Origin: Terriglobia bacterium | GTDB lineage: Bacteria > Acidobacteriota > Terriglobia > Bryobacterales > Bryobacteraceae | NCBI GenBank assembly: GCA_025363475.1 | Contig: JANYDS010000095.1 | Span: 25,236 to 89,235 of the forward strand | DNA length: 64,000 nucleotides | Direction of reading: 5' to 3' | Shown here: piece by piece, positions 49,398 through 59,796 of the stretch | Numbering within the stretch: the first letter of the stretch is position 1 | Layout of the letters: each line of letters begins with the position of its first letter | Translations under genes and position numbers: made by a program | Notes under the pieces: generated by a model | The model's database searches: none | The model's input: only the letters and a program-made list of their open reading frames with translations | What the model was told of the DNA's origin: nothing

Positions 49398-50207
49398 TTA
49401 CCAGACGACCCGAAAACGTATCCCTGCGAAGGTAACCCTGCGAAGGTAACCCTGCAACGCCATTTCTATCGCGCTCAGCGGTTTTCCGTAAGTGCTTTCG
49501 AGTGCAGCCTGGGATGGCGTACCTTTCACCAGAGAGTCGAAAAACATCGGGAATCGCGGACTGTACTCAGGGCCGAGTACCAGCATATGTGCCAGTGCCC
49601 AGCCTTCGTTGTACAGACTTCCTGCTTTGTTCTTTTCGTTGTAATAAGGCGAATTGCGATCCGCCGCGAGAATCGCCGCCAGTGGAACCCATTTCTGGGA
49701 CATCTCAAAAACGCGTCCGGGGATCAGATTCCCGATCACAACTTTATCCCCGACCGGCTTGAGAGTCGAATATAACTCCGCGAGCCCCTCGTTCAGCCAA
49801 GGCGGCAGTTTAAGTCCCGCGTGTTCCACTACCAGGTGAACATATTCATGGATCGCTACCGGGAACACATCCTCAGCCACTCCTCCTATGACGATGTAAT
49901 CCCGCCCGGCGATTTGAGTGTAGTAAGCGACCGCAAACTCGTTGGCTCGGTACGGCTCATACTCTTTCTTCGAACCAAAGACAATAACGCGAACCGGTTC
50001 GGCCTGTTGCTTCGTACCCTCGCCAAAGGTCTGCGCAAAGAAACTGCGGACGCGTTCAAAATGTTGCAGTACCTGCCGTGTGTCGCCTTCACCGGCACTG
50101 CTGAAGATTTCAAAATCGTCCGATGCGACATGAATCCATTTGGGTTCCGCTGCAAATGCGGAAGTAATCGCCAATAACGACAAGGCGGCACGCAGAAATG
50201 TGCTCAC
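49398..50207 (-). CDS. MA-clan (gluzincin) metallopeptidase-like secreted protein
   Basis: 269-aa ORF with a signal peptide. HEYVH is followed about 15 aa later by NEGLAE (the HExxH...E signature). Confidence 0.65.
   Translation of the reverse strand: MSTFLRAALSLLAITSAFAAEPKWIHVASDDFEIFSSAGEGDTRQVLQHFERVRSFFAQTFGEGTKQQAEPVRVIVFGSKKEYEPYRANEFAVAYYTQIAGRDYIVIGGVAEDVFPVAIHEYVHLVVEHAGLKLPPWLNEGLAELYSTLKPVGDKVVIGNLIPGRVFEMSQKWVPLAAILAADRNSPYYNEKNKAGSLYNEGWALAHMLVLGPEYSPRFPMFFDSLVKGTPSQAALESTYGKPLSAIEMALQGYLRRVTFAGIRFRVVW
49422..49449. repeat. perfect 14-bp tandem duplication
   Basis: CCCTGCGAAGGTAA occurs twice (49422-49435 and 49436-49449), then a partial CCCTGC, inside the last 20 codons of ORF 49398..50207. 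Confidence 0.9.
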
Positions 50208-50221
50208 CGCAAATCATTATG

Positions 50222-50686
50222 TCAAATCTGCCGCGGGGAATTAACCACAATTTCCCGCGCCTCATCATCCAGCGTTCGCAACCGAATCTCTACCCGCTCC
50301 TTCGGCAACAGAGCTGGAAACCGTTCCGCCCATTCCATCAGCACCAGCGCTCCGCTCGAGAACAAATCATCCAGCCCAAGCGTCTCCACCTCGCGCTCTT
50401 CATCCAGACGATACAAATCAATGTGGAAAACTTCCCCATATTGATGAATCAGTGTAAATGTCGGGCTGGAAACCGCATCCGCCGCAGCCGCCTTGTGGCC
50501 TTCCACAATTCCTTTGGCCAGCGTGGTTTTCCCCGCCCCTAAATTCCCGATCAGCAGCACAACGCCGCCCGTCAGTTCTCTGCCCAGTTCCCTGCCCAGT
50601 TCAATCGTCTCGTCCTCAGACCGTGTGATAACCGTGCGTGATTCCACGAATCCCCTCAGGCAAATATTCCAGTAAATCCCCTGCAA
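50222..50686 (-). CDS. tsaE: tRNA threonylcarbamoyladenosine biosynthesis ATPase TsaE
   Basis: P-loop GNLGAGKTT and YjeE/TsaE length. The start is uncertain because the ORF overlaps nnr by 71 nt (GTG near 50647 is an alternative). Confidence 0.88.
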   Translation of the reverse strand: MQGIYWNICLRGFVESRTVITRSEDETIELGRELGRELTGGVVLLIGNLGAGKTTLAKGIVEGHKAAAADAVSSPTFTLIHQYGEVFHIDLYRLDEEREVETLGLDDLFSSGALVLMEWAERFPALLPKERVEIRLRTLDDEAREIVVNSPRQI

Positions 50687-52151
50687 TCACACACTGCTCA
50701 GTTAAATCCCGTGCCGCCAGTTCCCCGGCCATGCCGTGCAGATAAACCGCACCCGCCACCGCCCGGTCCCAATCGTGCGCCGCCGCTGCCTGCGCCAGCA
50801 ACCCACTCATCATGCCGGTCAGGATATCGCCGGTACCGCCGGTGGCCATCGCGGGCGAACCCGTCGGATTGATCCATACCCGCCCGTCTGGAAAACCGAT
50901 CACCGTCCGCTCACCCTTCAACACCACGACAACCGCGCGCCCAACAGACAGACCGCGAACCGCCGCAATCCGGTCGGCCTGAATCTCTGCCACGCTCAGC
51001 CCGGTAAGACGGCTCATCTCGCCGGGATGTGGCGTCAAGACCCGCAGCGCCGCACCCCCGCACCAGTCCGTCCCGGCCAGGCAATTCAGCGCGTCTGCAT
51101 CCACCACCAGGGGACGGTCGAGTTCTGCGAACAGACGCAGCACCACCTCGCGGGTCGCCAGTTCCGTACCGATTCCCGGACCGATTGCCACTACCGTGCA
51201 TTTCCTGGCCAGTTCCACAATACGTTCGAAAGAACCGCTCTCGGGCAGCGCCTCGGTCATGATTTCAGGAGCGAAACCAGACACCGCATCCAGCACCGAG
51301 TTCGGACAAGCCACTGTCACCAGCCCCGCGCCTGCACGCAGCGCCGCCAGCCCTGCCATCGCCGCAGCCCCGCTCTTGCCCCGCGATCCGGCCACCATCA
51401 GCACGTGGCCGAATGTGCCCTTGTTCGCATCGCGCGTGCGCGGCGCAAATAATGGGGCAATCTGTTCTGCGGTGACCAGGGAAAGCAGCAGCCGCGCATC
51501 ACCCTCCAGCAACGACGCGGGCGACCCGATCTGTGCTACACGCAGCTCACCCATCAGGTCACACGCCGGAGGCATCGCATGACAAATCTTCGGTGCAGTA
51601 AATGTGACGGTGGCCGAGGCCCGAACATACGCGCCAGCCACGGCACCACTATCGCCGGAAAGACCCGAAGGCAAATCCACCGCCACAACTTTCGCGAGTG
51701 GAAACCTGGCATTGATTTCGTAAACAGCATCCAGCGCAGGGCCGTGGGCCGCGCCTTTCAAACCAGCCCCCAGCACCGCATCCACAACCAGCGTGGCGGT
51801 ATGCATCTCCGCGCTAAAGTCGCCAGCAACCGACAATCCGCAAGCCCGCAACATCGCCAGATTCGCCGCCGCATCACCCTGTAACTCATCCGCGGCGCAA
51901 GTCAGCACGACATGCAGAAATCGCGGAGTAAACCGAACATGCAGCTGACGCGCAATCGCCAGTCCATCCCCGCCGTTATTCCCTTTACCGCAAACCACCA
52001 CAATGCGCTGTTCACGTACAGGCGCAAAGCGTTCGGCAACAAACTCCACTACCCGCGCTGCGGCGTTCTCCATCAGGATCAAGCCCGGAATCCCGGCCGC
52101 AATCGTCAGGCGGTCAACCGCACCCATTTCCGCCGATGTCAGAACTTTCAA
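50616..52151 (-). CDS. nnr: bifunctional NAD(P)H-hydrate epimerase/dehydratase
   Basis: 511-aa ORF with the YjeF_N motif CGKGNNGGDG and the C-terminal kinase-like GGTGDILTG. Confidence 0.92.
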   Translation of the reverse strand: MKVLTSAEMGAVDRLTIAAGIPGLILMENAAARVVEFVAERFAPVREQRIVVVCGKGNNGGDGLAIARQLHVRFTPRFLHVVLTCAADELQGDAAANLAMLRACGLSVAGDFSAEMHTATLVVDAVLGAGLKGAAHGPALDAVYEINARFPLAKVVAVDLPSGLSGDSGAVAGAYVRASATVTFTAPKICHAMPPACDLMGELRVAQIGSPASLLEGDARLLLSLVTAEQIAPLFAPRTRDANKGTFGHVLMVAGSRGKSGAAAMAGLAALRAGAGLVTVACPNSVLDAVSGFAPEIMTEALPESGSFERIVELARKCTVVAIGPGIGTELATREVVLRLFAELDRPLVVDADALNCLAGTDWCGGAALRVLTPHPGEMSRLTGLSVAEIQADRIAAVRGLSVGRAVVVVLKGERTVIGFPDGRVWINPTGSPAMATGGTGDILTGMMSGLLAQAAAAHDWDRAVAGAVYLHGMAGELAARDLTEQCVIAGDLLEYLPEGIRGITHGYHTV

Positions 52152-54013
52152 TCAAGCCCTCGCGCAATCACCAAAGTCATATCGTCAGGCAGCGCCGGAG
52201 ACGCGCTCCACAGCCCTACGGCCTCCATGATCCTGCTCACAATTTCGCGCGGAGCGGAAGCCTGATGGCGCGATACAACTTCCGCCAGCCGGTCCGCACC
52301 AAACTCTTCGCCGTATTCGTTTTCGGGTTCCGTAATGCCGTCGGTGTAAGCAATCAGCACGTCGCCGCGCTCAATACGGATGCTCTGCTCTTCATAATCC
52401 GCAACCGGAAATGCACCCACCACCGTCCCGGTAACTTCCAGCAGAATCACCTCACCGTTCCGCATCAGCAGCGGCGGCAAATGCCCCGCATTTGTATAGG
52501 TCAGCGTTCGCGATTCTTCATCGTAAATACCGAAGAAGAATGTAGCGTATTTTTCGGGAGCAGTACTGGCATACAGTTGGCGGTTGAGTTGCGCCACCAC
52601 AGCCGACGTAGAAGGATGCACAGGCCCGGCCAGCAATGTCCGCATAATTGACTGAATGGAGGCCATCAAGAGCGCGGCAGAGATTCCCTTCCCCGCCACA
52701 TCCCCCAGCGCCACCGCCAGATTGCCATTCGGCAGCAGCAGGTAATCATAGTAATCGCCCGAAACCATACTGGCAGGTTCACAAACGCCAATCAATTCAA
52801 ATGTCCGGAGCTTGGGAGCAGACCGCGGGAAAAGCTGATTCTGCACCTCGCTCGCAATCTCCAGTTCCGATTGCAGACGTTCCTTCTCCTTGGCCACCTG
52901 AACCAGACTTTCCAGTTGCGTGGTCATGTTGTTGAACGAATACCCCAGCTCCGCCAGCTGGTCAGTGCCCGTCACGGGAATGCGGTAGCCAAAGTCGCCT
53001 CTGGCGATTCGCAGCGTGCCTTCATAAAGCCCGTGGACAGCGCCCGTAATGGTTTTCGAGAGCGAAAACCCAATCACGAATGCCAGCACAATCACAATCA
53101 GCAGCAGACTCGCAATCAGGACAAATCCAACCAGCACGATCTGTGATTCTTCGAACCGGTTGCGGAACAGGGCGCCCAGCACGGCTGAAGGTCGCGTCTG
53201 TACGTAGAGCTGCGCCGTGGTGGTCTTGCCCGGCTGATCCCAGCGCTGGAAAGACAGCCCGCCCACCCACCAGGTTTCGAAATCAGCGAAGTTATTTTTC
53301 GGGGGAATTTCACCGCCCGGATTGAGATTCCGCGTAATCTGCGTCACATCCAGCAGACCAATCCCCGGCACCAATCGGCCGAGCAGATTCGGCGTAATCT
53401 CGGCCATCAGCAGCGCTGGCGTACCGCTTTCAATTCCACCCTCCCGGGCATAGGCCACACAGTAATAGTGGCCGTCCTTAATCACGAAGCCGGTGTAGTC
53501 TCTCCAGCCAGCGGGCGGAAATGCGAGGGTACTTTCAGGCGGATAGTGATAAGGCTTGTCGCCGCCTACCATAACCTGATATCCGGGCAAGCCCTCGGCA
53601 ATCAGCGGACCCAGTTGTTGCACCAGCGCCGCGCGTTGTTCAGGCCGCGCCCGAGTCAAAAAGCGTGCCGGATTTTCAAGCCCGACGGCGCGCCGCTCCA
53701 GTTCCGAACTCACCAGATAAACCGCGATCTGCCCCGTGACAATCCACGCGCCCACCCCGGCCAGCGCCAGTATCAGCATCATAGGCACCACCGCAATAAA
53801 AACGTAGGCAACAATCAGACGGTTGCGCAAACGCCAGATGGTTTTACGGATGGACCAGCGCGCGTAACGGTACACCAGAATCCAGCCGAGTACGGCCAGT
53901 GTCAGCGATAAGATCAGCGCCAGACCGGGCGCATAGCCAGTCCATTCGAGCGCGACGACAACCGCCAGCAGCCCCAGGAACGCGCCGATCAGATTCAAGC
54001 CGGCTCTTACCAT
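52148..54013 (-). CDS. membrane sensor PP2C/SpoIIE-family serine phosphatase (RsbU-like) with HAMP linker
   Basis: 621-aa ORF with N-terminal TM segments flanking an extracytoplasmic region, a HAMP-like segment and a C-terminal PP2C domain (SGDYYDY, GDVAGKG, TDGITE). Confidence 0.85.
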   Translation of the reverse strand: MVRAGLNLIGAFLGLLAVVVALEWTGYAPGLALILSLTLAVLGWILVYRYARWSIRKTIWRLRNRLIVAYVFIAVVPMMLILALAGVGAWIVTGQIAVYLVSSELERRAVGLENPARFLTRARPEQRAALVQQLGPLIAEGLPGYQVMVGGDKPYHYPPESTLAFPPAGWRDYTGFVIKDGHYYCVAYAREGGIESGTPALLMAEITPNLLGRLVPGIGLLDVTQITRNLNPGGEIPPKNNFADFETWWVGGLSFQRWDQPGKTTTAQLYVQTRPSAVLGALFRNRFEESQIVLVGFVLIASLLLIVIVLAFVIGFSLSKTITGAVHGLYEGTLRIARGDFGYRIPVTGTDQLAELGYSFNNMTTQLESLVQVAKEKERLQSELEIASEVQNQLFPRSAPKLRTFELIGVCEPASMVSGDYYDYLLLPNGNLAVALGDVAGKGISAALLMASIQSIMRTLLAGPVHPSTSAVVAQLNRQLYASTAPEKYATFFFGIYDEESRTLTYTNAGHLPPLLMRNGEVILLEVTGTVVGAFPVADYEEQSIRIERGDVLIAYTDGITEPENEYGEEFGADRLAEVVSRHQASAPREIVSRIMEAVGLWSASPALPDDMTLVIARGLD

Positions 54014-54789
54014 TCATCCGCCGGTTCGCAGGGTCCGGCCGTATGCGCGATGGCCGGAATTTCTCCGCCCACCGCCTGTACGTGACCTTTCAATTCTGCC
54101 TTGAGGATCGCGAAAGCTTCTTCGGGAGTATCCACGAAATGGAACAATTCCATGTCCCCGGCTTCAATTGTGCCGTACTTGACTAAGGCGTCGAAATTCA
54201 CCACTTCTTTCCAGAACTGCGAACCGAAGAGAATCACCGGAATCTTTTTGCCGAGCTTCTTCGTTTGCGCCAGCGTGAGCATTTCAAACAGTTCGTCCAG
54301 CGTACCGAAACCGCCGGGAAACACAACCAGGGCCTTCGCCAGATAGGCGAACCAGAACTTGCGCATGAAGAAGTAATGGAACTCGAAGTTCAGTTCCGGA
54401 GTTATGTACGGATTGGGCAGTTGCTCAAACGGTAAGCCAATATTCAGGCCGATAGTCTGCCCTCCCGCTTCGGATGCGCCCCGGTTGGCCGCTTCCATGA
54501 TGCCGGGTCCGCCGCCCGAACAAATCACGAACCGCGCACCGTCAGCAGGCAGCGACATCGCCCACTCGGTGACCATACCCGCAAGCTTGCGCGCATCTTC
54601 GTAATAATTGCCCAGCGGGCCATCCTGGCGAATACGGGCCGACCCGTAAAACACCACGGTGTCACGAATTCCCAGTCGCCGGAAATGGCCCAGCGGCTCC
54701 AGGTATTCCGATTCAATCCGCAGTGAACGTGCCAGCGGACTCTTCAGAAATTCTTCGTTCTTATAGGCCAGAGGCGCGCGCTTAATCAT
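54007..54789 (-). CDS. LOG-family (TIGR00730) nucleotide phosphoribohydrolase-like protein
   Basis: GGGPGIMEA and PGGFGTLDE motifs. Confidence 0.85.
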   Translation of the reverse strand: MIKRAPLAYKNEEFLKSPLARSLRIESEYLEPLGHFRRLGIRDTVVFYGSARIRQDGPLGNYYEDARKLAGMVTEWAMSLPADGARFVICSGGGPGIMEAANRGASEAGGQTIGLNIGLPFEQLPNPYITPELNFEFHYFFMRKFWFAYLAKALVVFPGGFGTLDELFEMLTLAQTKKLGKKIPVILFGSQFWKEVVNFDALVKYGTIEAGDMELFHFVDTPEEAFAILKAELKGHVQAVGGEIPAIAHTAGPCEPADEW

Positions 54790-55790
54790 GAGAGTTTGTT
54801 CTTCAGTTCGCGCACTGTGCGCAGGATCTCCGGCAACTTCTGAAACGCCGTAATCGCCCGCAGCCAGTCACCTGCTTCAAATGCAGGCGATCCGGACACG
54901 CGACCGTTAGCTGCCACATCACCGCCGATGCCGCTCTGCGCATAAACCGTCGCGCCTTCGTGAATCGTCAAGTGTCCTGAGATGCCCACCTGGCCGGCCA
55001 GCAGGACGTTCTTTTCCAGAATCGAACTTCCCGCGAGGCCCGTCTGGGCACAGATGATGTTGTCCTCACCCACCACGCAGGCGTGGCCCACCTGCACCAG
55101 GCTGTCGATCTTAGCTCCGCGTTTGATACGCGTTTCGCCTACCGTCGCGCGGTCGATGGATGTCAGGCTCTGAATCTCAACATCGTCTTCAATCATGGTT
55201 ACGCCGGACTGCACAATTTTGTGGTGCGTCCCGGCAGCCGTTTTGGCAAATCCGAAACCATCGCCACCAATCACGACACCGTTCTGAAGAATCACGCGAT
55301 TGCCGACACGGCAGAACTCGCGAACCGCGCAATGCGAGTGGCCGATGAAATCATCGCCAATCGAAGCCCCGTCATAGACCACGACATGTGGATGCAACAC
55401 CGCATTGCGTCCGATTACAACGTTCTCACCGATTGAGACGAAAGCGCCAATGGAAGCCCCTTCCCCAATTTGTGCAGTCGCGGCGATTGCGGCAGAGGGA
55501 TGAATGCCCGGCTTCGGGCGAGGCGGCTGGTAGAACAATTCCAGAGCACGGGCGAAATCGAGATACGGGTTTTTCGAAACCAGAGTCGGGATTCCGCTTA
55601 CAGCCTGGCTGGCAATCACAGCACTGGCGTGCGTTTCTTTCAGCTTCAGCGCATACTTCGGATTTGCCAGAAAGGTGATCTGCCCCGGAGCGGCATGTTC
55701 CATCCCGGAAACGCCCGAAATTTCAGTCGCACCATCTCCTTCAACCACGCACCCCAGAGCACTTGCCAGTTCGTTCAGCGTCATATCCAA
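54786..55790 (-). CDS. lpxD: UDP-3-O-acylglucosamine N-acyltransferase
   Basis: 334-aa ORF with the LpxD N-domain (ITFLANPKY) and hexapeptide left-handed beta-helix repeats. Confidence 0.93.
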   Translation of the reverse strand: MDMTLNELASALGCVVEGDGATEISGVSGMEHAAPGQITFLANPKYALKLKETHASAVIASQAVSGIPTLVSKNPYLDFARALELFYQPPRPKPGIHPSAAIAATAQIGEGASIGAFVSIGENVVIGRNAVLHPHVVVYDGASIGDDFIGHSHCAVREFCRVGNRVILQNGVVIGGDGFGFAKTAAGTHHKIVQSGVTMIEDDVEIQSLTSIDRATVGETRIKRGAKIDSLVQVGHACVVGEDNIICAQTGLAGSSILEKNVLLAGQVGISGHLTIHEGATVYAQSGIGGDVAANGRVSGSPAFEAGDWLRAITAFQKLPEILRTVRELKNKLS

Positions 55791-55799
55791 ACAACAAGG

Positions 55800-56720
55800 T
55801 TACCGAAGTGTCAGAATCCGGTGGGCTTCACTATCGGTCACGTAGAGAATTCCTTCCAGAAAGAAAACACCATGCGGGCGCTTGAGTTCGCCCAGCACGG
55901 GTGAAATTGTGTCGGTCTTGAGATCGATCCTGCGGATGGTCTGGCTCTCTGTATCGGCCACGTAGAGAATACCTGCAGGGTCATATGCCAACCCTTTGGG
56001 ACCGGAGAGTTTGGCATCTTTCGCGATCCGGTGCAGGCTGTGGTTCCTGGTGTCAATCCGAACGATTGCATTGCCTTCGCGCAGCGCCAGAAACAGATCA
56101 CCGTCCGGACCGGCAGACAGTGTTCGCGGGCCTTCCAATTCTCCGCCCGTGACTTCGTAGGTTTCAATAACTCCCGTAGCAAGGCGCAGGCGGCGGAGTC
56201 GCTGATTGCCCAGGTCGCAGATCAACAGCGAACCATCCTTGTCAAAGAAGATGCTGTGCGGCTGGCGTAACTGCGCCTTCACTGCTGGTCCGCCATCGCC
56301 GCCAAACCCTGGGGCTCCGGTACCCGCGACAGTCGAAATCAAGCCGGTTTTCATGTCCACTTTGCGGATCACATGGTTGTCGCGTTCCGCGATGTAGATG
56401 TCACCGCTGGCGTCGAAACGCAGTTCGTGCGGCATGTTCAAGGTGGCTTCGACAGCCGGGCCGCCATCGCCTGTGTAGCCCTTATGCCCGTTGCCCGCAA
56501 TGGTTGTGACCTTCTTCGTCTTCAGATCAAACCGGCGAATGCGCTGATTGTCGACGTCGCAGAAATAGAGTCCGCCGTCCGGCCCGATTTCAAGACCATA
56601 CGGATTGTTGACCTGAATATCTGAAAAACCAGCGACCCCGGAACCCAAAATCGTTGTGACTTGCAGCGGGGCGGCCAGGGCGAAGCCGGAAAAAAGCAGC
56701 AATATCGCGGAAAAGCGCAT
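55800..56720 (-). CDS. secreted NHL-repeat beta-propeller protein
   Basis: A signal peptide results from ATG 56720 (MRFSAILLLFSGFALA). Six NHL-type repeats (P.G...DG.LY..D..N.RI.R). The track ORF starts at GTG 56726. Confidence 0.8.
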   Translation of the reverse strand: MRFSAILLLFSGFALAAPLQVTTILGSGVAGFSDIQVNNPYGLEIGPDGGLYFCDVDNQRIRRFDLKTKKVTTIAGNGHKGYTGDGGPAVEATLNMPHELRFDASGDIYIAERDNHVIRKVDMKTGLISTVAGTGAPGFGGDGGPAVKAQLRQPHSIFFDKDGSLLICDLGNQRLRRLRLATGVIETYEVTGGELEGPRTLSAGPDGDLFLALREGNAIVRIDTRNHSLHRIAKDAKLSGPKGLAYDPAGILYVADTESQTIRRIDLKTDTISPVLGELKRPHGVFFLEGILYVTDSEAHRILTLR

Positions 56721-58368
56721 GTCCACTGATACACTAAAAGTTCACCCCCACACAACCCCTGCCGTGATCTCAGTCAGCAATGTAAGCATGCGCTACGGCG
56801 CTAAAATTCTGTTCGAAGATGTCTCTACCGTTTTTCTGTCCGGTCGCCGTTATGGTTTGACCGGTCCGAATGGAGCCGGCAAGTCAACCTTCATGAAAGT
56901 CCTTACGGGCGAACTTGATGCCCAGAAAGGTAATGTCCATCGCCCCCGGCGTGTGGGCGTTTTGAGTCAGGATCAGTTCGCGTTCGATGCTTTCCGCGTT
57001 GTTGATACCGTCATCATGGGTAACAAACCCCTGTGGGCGGCCTTCGCAGAACGTGAAGAGCTGTACCTCAAGACGGACATGACCGATGAAGACGGCATGC
57101 GCCTTGGCGAACTGGAAGGCGTAGTTGCAGAGAACGACGGCTACACGGCGGAGAGTGATGCCGCCATTCTGCTCGACGGTCTCGACATCCCCGAATCTCT
57201 GCACGAGTCGAAGATGAGCGAACTACAGGGCGGCCAGAAGGTCCGCGTACTGCTGGCGCAGGCGCTGTTCGGCGGCCCCGACGCGCTGCTGCTCGACGAA
57301 CCGACGAACCATCTCGATCTGGAATCCATCCACTGGCTGCAGGATTTCATGACGCGGTACCAGGGGACACTGATCGTGATCTCGCATGACCGCCACTTCC
57401 TGAACAGCGTCTGCACACATACTGCCGATATCGATTACCAGACGATCATCACCTACACGGGTGGTTATGACGACATGGTGCTGGCGAAGACCCAGATCCG
57501 GTCGCGCATTGAATCGCAGAACGAACAGCGCGAGAAGAAGATTTCGCAGCTGAACGAATTCATTGCCCGCTTCTCGGCCGGTACTCGTTCGAGCCAGGTC
57601 ACTTCCCGCAAGAAGGAAGTGGAACGACTGGCGTCGAGTGATCTGGCGCGCTCCAACATCGCCCGTCCGTTCATTCGTTTCGACATGAAACGACCTTCTG
57701 GACGTCATCCGCTCGAAATCAAGGGCCTCTGCAAATCGTACGGAGACAAGCAGGTTATCAGGGACTTCACGGCCAGCGTTTCACGCGGTGAGAAGATCGG
57801 CCTGATCGGGCGCAACGGTGTGGGTAAAACCACGATGCTGCGGTCAATTGCAGCCAATGGTCCGGGCGCTGACGACAAGCCTTTCGAACTCAACGCAGGC
57901 ACTGTGGAATGGGGCCACGAAGTGGCCATCGGCTACTTCGCCGAGGACCACAAGGCGTCTATTCAGCAGGGTTTGCCGGTGCTGGACTGGCTGCAACAGT
58001 ACGACACGCAGGCAGCCAACGAAGAACTGCGCGGTTTGCTCGGCCAGATGCTCTTCATCCGTGAAGAGGGCATGAAGATGACCGAAGTGCTTTCGGGCGG
58101 CGAATCGGCGCGTATTCTGTTCTGCAAACTCATGCTGCAGAAGCCCAACGTCCTGGTTCTGGATGAACCGACCAACCATCTGGATCTGGAATCAATCAAC
58201 GCTCTGAACGTGGCGCTGCAGAAGTATGACGGCACGCTGTTCCTGGTCACGCACGATCACGATCTGCTGGAAGAAGTGGCTACACGTATCTGGCACTTCG
58301 ACGGCAACGGGATTGAAGACTTTAAGGGCGGGTACGAAGAGTACCAGGCCGCGCAGCAAGCGAAGTAA
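56719..58368 (+). CDS. ABC-F family ATPase (YbiT-like)
   Basis: Two ABC cassettes (GPNGAGKST, GRNGVGKTT) with LSGG signatures and no TM domain. The start is uncertain: ATG 56719, or GTG near 56764 which matches the usual N-terminus. The track ORF starts at 56656. Confidence 0.9.
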   Translation: MSTDTLKVHPHTTPAVISVSNVSMRYGAKILFEDVSTVFLSGRRYGLTGPNGAGKSTFMKVLTGELDAQKGNVHRPRRVGVLSQDQFAFDAFRVVDTVIMGNKPLWAAFAEREELYLKTDMTDEDGMRLGELEGVVAENDGYTAESDAAILLDGLDIPESLHESKMSELQGGQKVRVLLAQALFGGPDALLLDEPTNHLDLESIHWLQDFMTRYQGTLIVISHDRHFLNSVCTHTADIDYQTIITYTGGYDDMVLAKTQIRSRIESQNEQREKKISQLNEFIARFSAGTRSSQVTSRKKEVERLASSDLARSNIARPFIRFDMKRPSGRHPLEIKGLCKSYGDKQVIRDFTASVSRGEKIGLIGRNGVGKTTMLRSIAANGPGADDKPFELNAGTVEWGHEVAIGYFAEDHKASIQQGLPVLDWLQQYDTQAANEELRGLLGQMLFIREEGMKMTEVLSGGESARILFCKLMLQKPNVLVLDEPTNHLDLESINALNVALQKYDGTLFLVTHDHDLLEEVATRIWHFDGNGIEDFKGGYEEYQAAQQAK

Positions 58369-59038
58369 GATCGAGCCGGCCTGTATAAATCGCCATTCCG
58401 ACTGCGGAGTGGATCTTCAGGTCATCCAAAGCTTTGATGTCTTCGAGAGTGGTGATGCCACCCGCCGCTGTGATTTCAAGATCCGTAGCGGCGCGCAGAC
58501 GGCCAAACCAGCCGAGGTCGGTGCCCTGCATCATGCCTTCTTTATCCACGTAGGTGCAGAGGAAACCGGAGCAGTAGGGCTCCAGCTGTTTGATGACTTC
58601 TTCAGCGGTGAAGGTCATGGATTCACGCCAGCCCCTGACCACGATATTGCCACCTTTGGAATCGAGCGCGAGGACGATGCGGTCGCGGCCGATGCCGTCA
58701 ACAAGAGATTCCAGGAAGGCATGGTTCGGGCCGGAGGCTGTGAATGCTGACGTGCCGACAATTACTTTGAAGGCGCCCTGGTCAAGGAGTACCTGCGCAC
58801 GTTCCACGGTACGGACACCGCCGCCCACGCGGATGACTGCTTTGCGGGCGAGCATTTCAACGAGCCCATCGTTGGTGCCGGTGCCGATGGCCGCATCAAG
58901 GTCAATGACCTGGATCTGCGGGAAGGCAGCAAATTTTTTGAGCATCTCTTCGGGGCTGTCGCCTTCGAGCGCCTTTTCGCGGCCCTGCACCAGCTGGACG
59001 ACTTTACCGCCCATCAAATCAATACACGGGATGATCAT
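58322..59038 (-). CDS. hisA: ProFAR isomerase HisA
   Basis: 238-aa TIM-barrel ORF with [19 protein letters not shown]...VGGGVRT...AAGGI. It is the last gene of the his operon. Confidence 0.88.
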   Translation of the reverse strand: MIIPCIDLMGGKVVQLVQGREKALEGDSPEEMLKKFAAFPQIQVIDLDAAIGTGTNDGLVEMLARKAVIRVGGGVRTVERAQVLLDQGAFKVIVGTSAFTASGPNHAFLESLVDGIGRDRIVLALDSKGGNIVVRGWRESMTFTAEEVIKQLEPYCSGFLCTYVDKEGMMQGTDLGWFGRLRAATDLEITAAGGITTLEDIKALDDLKIHSAVGMAIYTGRLDLTSLAARPGTLRTRP

Positions 59039-59793
59039 TTTCTAACGGGAATTCCTAACCTGTCCAGATATTCTTTCAGATCACTGACGGTGTAGGTGCC
59101 GAAGTGGAAAATGGAAGCGGCCAGCGCGGCATCGGCTTCGCCGTCAGTGAGCACGCGGGCGAAGTGTTCGAGCGTCCCCGCACCGCCGGAAGCAATGATG
59201 GGGATGCGTGTGGCCCGAGACGCCGCACGGGTCAGGTCGCAGTCAAAGCCGGTCTGAACTCCATCAGCATCCATGGACGTCAGCAGGATTTCACCCGCAC
59301 CCAGGGCTTCGCCGCGAGCTGCCCATTCGATTACATCCATACCTTCATCGTCACGGCCACCGCGTGTGTAAACGTGCCAGCCGCCGCAGGAGTGACGACG
59401 CGCGTCAATGGCCAGGATAACTGCCTGTGCGCCGAATTCGTTGCTGAGTTCGGTTATGAGTTCGGGGCGACGAACGGCAGCGGTGTTGATGGAGACTTTG
59501 TCGGCTCCGGACATGAGGATCTTGCGGGCATCGGCCACGCTGCGGATACCTCCGCCGACTGAGAGCGGGATGAAGACTTTGCGGGCGGTGCGGGCGACGA
59601 CATCGGCCATGATGGCGCGGGCGTCGCTGGAGGCGGTGATATCGAGGAACACCAGTTCATCGGCCCCCTGCAAGTTGTAGCGGTCGGCGAGTTCGACAGG
59701 GTCACCGGCATCGCGCAGGTTGACGAAGTTGATGCCTTTGACCACGCGGCCATTGGTGACATCGAGACAGGGAATGATTCGTTTGGCCAGCAT
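59035..59793 (-). CDS. hisF: imidazole glycerol phosphate synthase cyclase subunit HisF
   Basis: [20 protein letters not shown]...[12 protein letters not shown] is the canonical HisF N-terminus. Confidence 0.95.
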   Translation of the reverse strand: MLAKRIIPCLDVTNGRVVKGINFVNLRDAGDPVELADRYNLQGADELVFLDITASSDARAIMADVVARTARKVFIPLSVGGGIRSVADARKILMSGADKVSINTAAVRRPELITELSNEFGAQAVILAIDARRHSCGGWHVYTRGGRDDEGMDVIEWAARGEALGAGEILLTSMDADGVQTGFDCDLTRAASRATRIPIIASGGAGTLEHFARVLTDGEADAALAASIFHFGTYTVSDLKEYLDRLGIPVRK

Positions 59794-59796
59794 GTT

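Noticed and set aside
56718-56727. The start codons of the NHL gene (minus) and the ABC-F gene (plus) appear to overlap in a shared CATG.
   Set aside because: The ABC-F start is ambiguous. An in-frame GTG near 56764 gives the N-terminus usual for YbiT-like proteins and restores a normal ~43-nt divergent spacer. The overlap is therefore probably an ORF-calling artefact.
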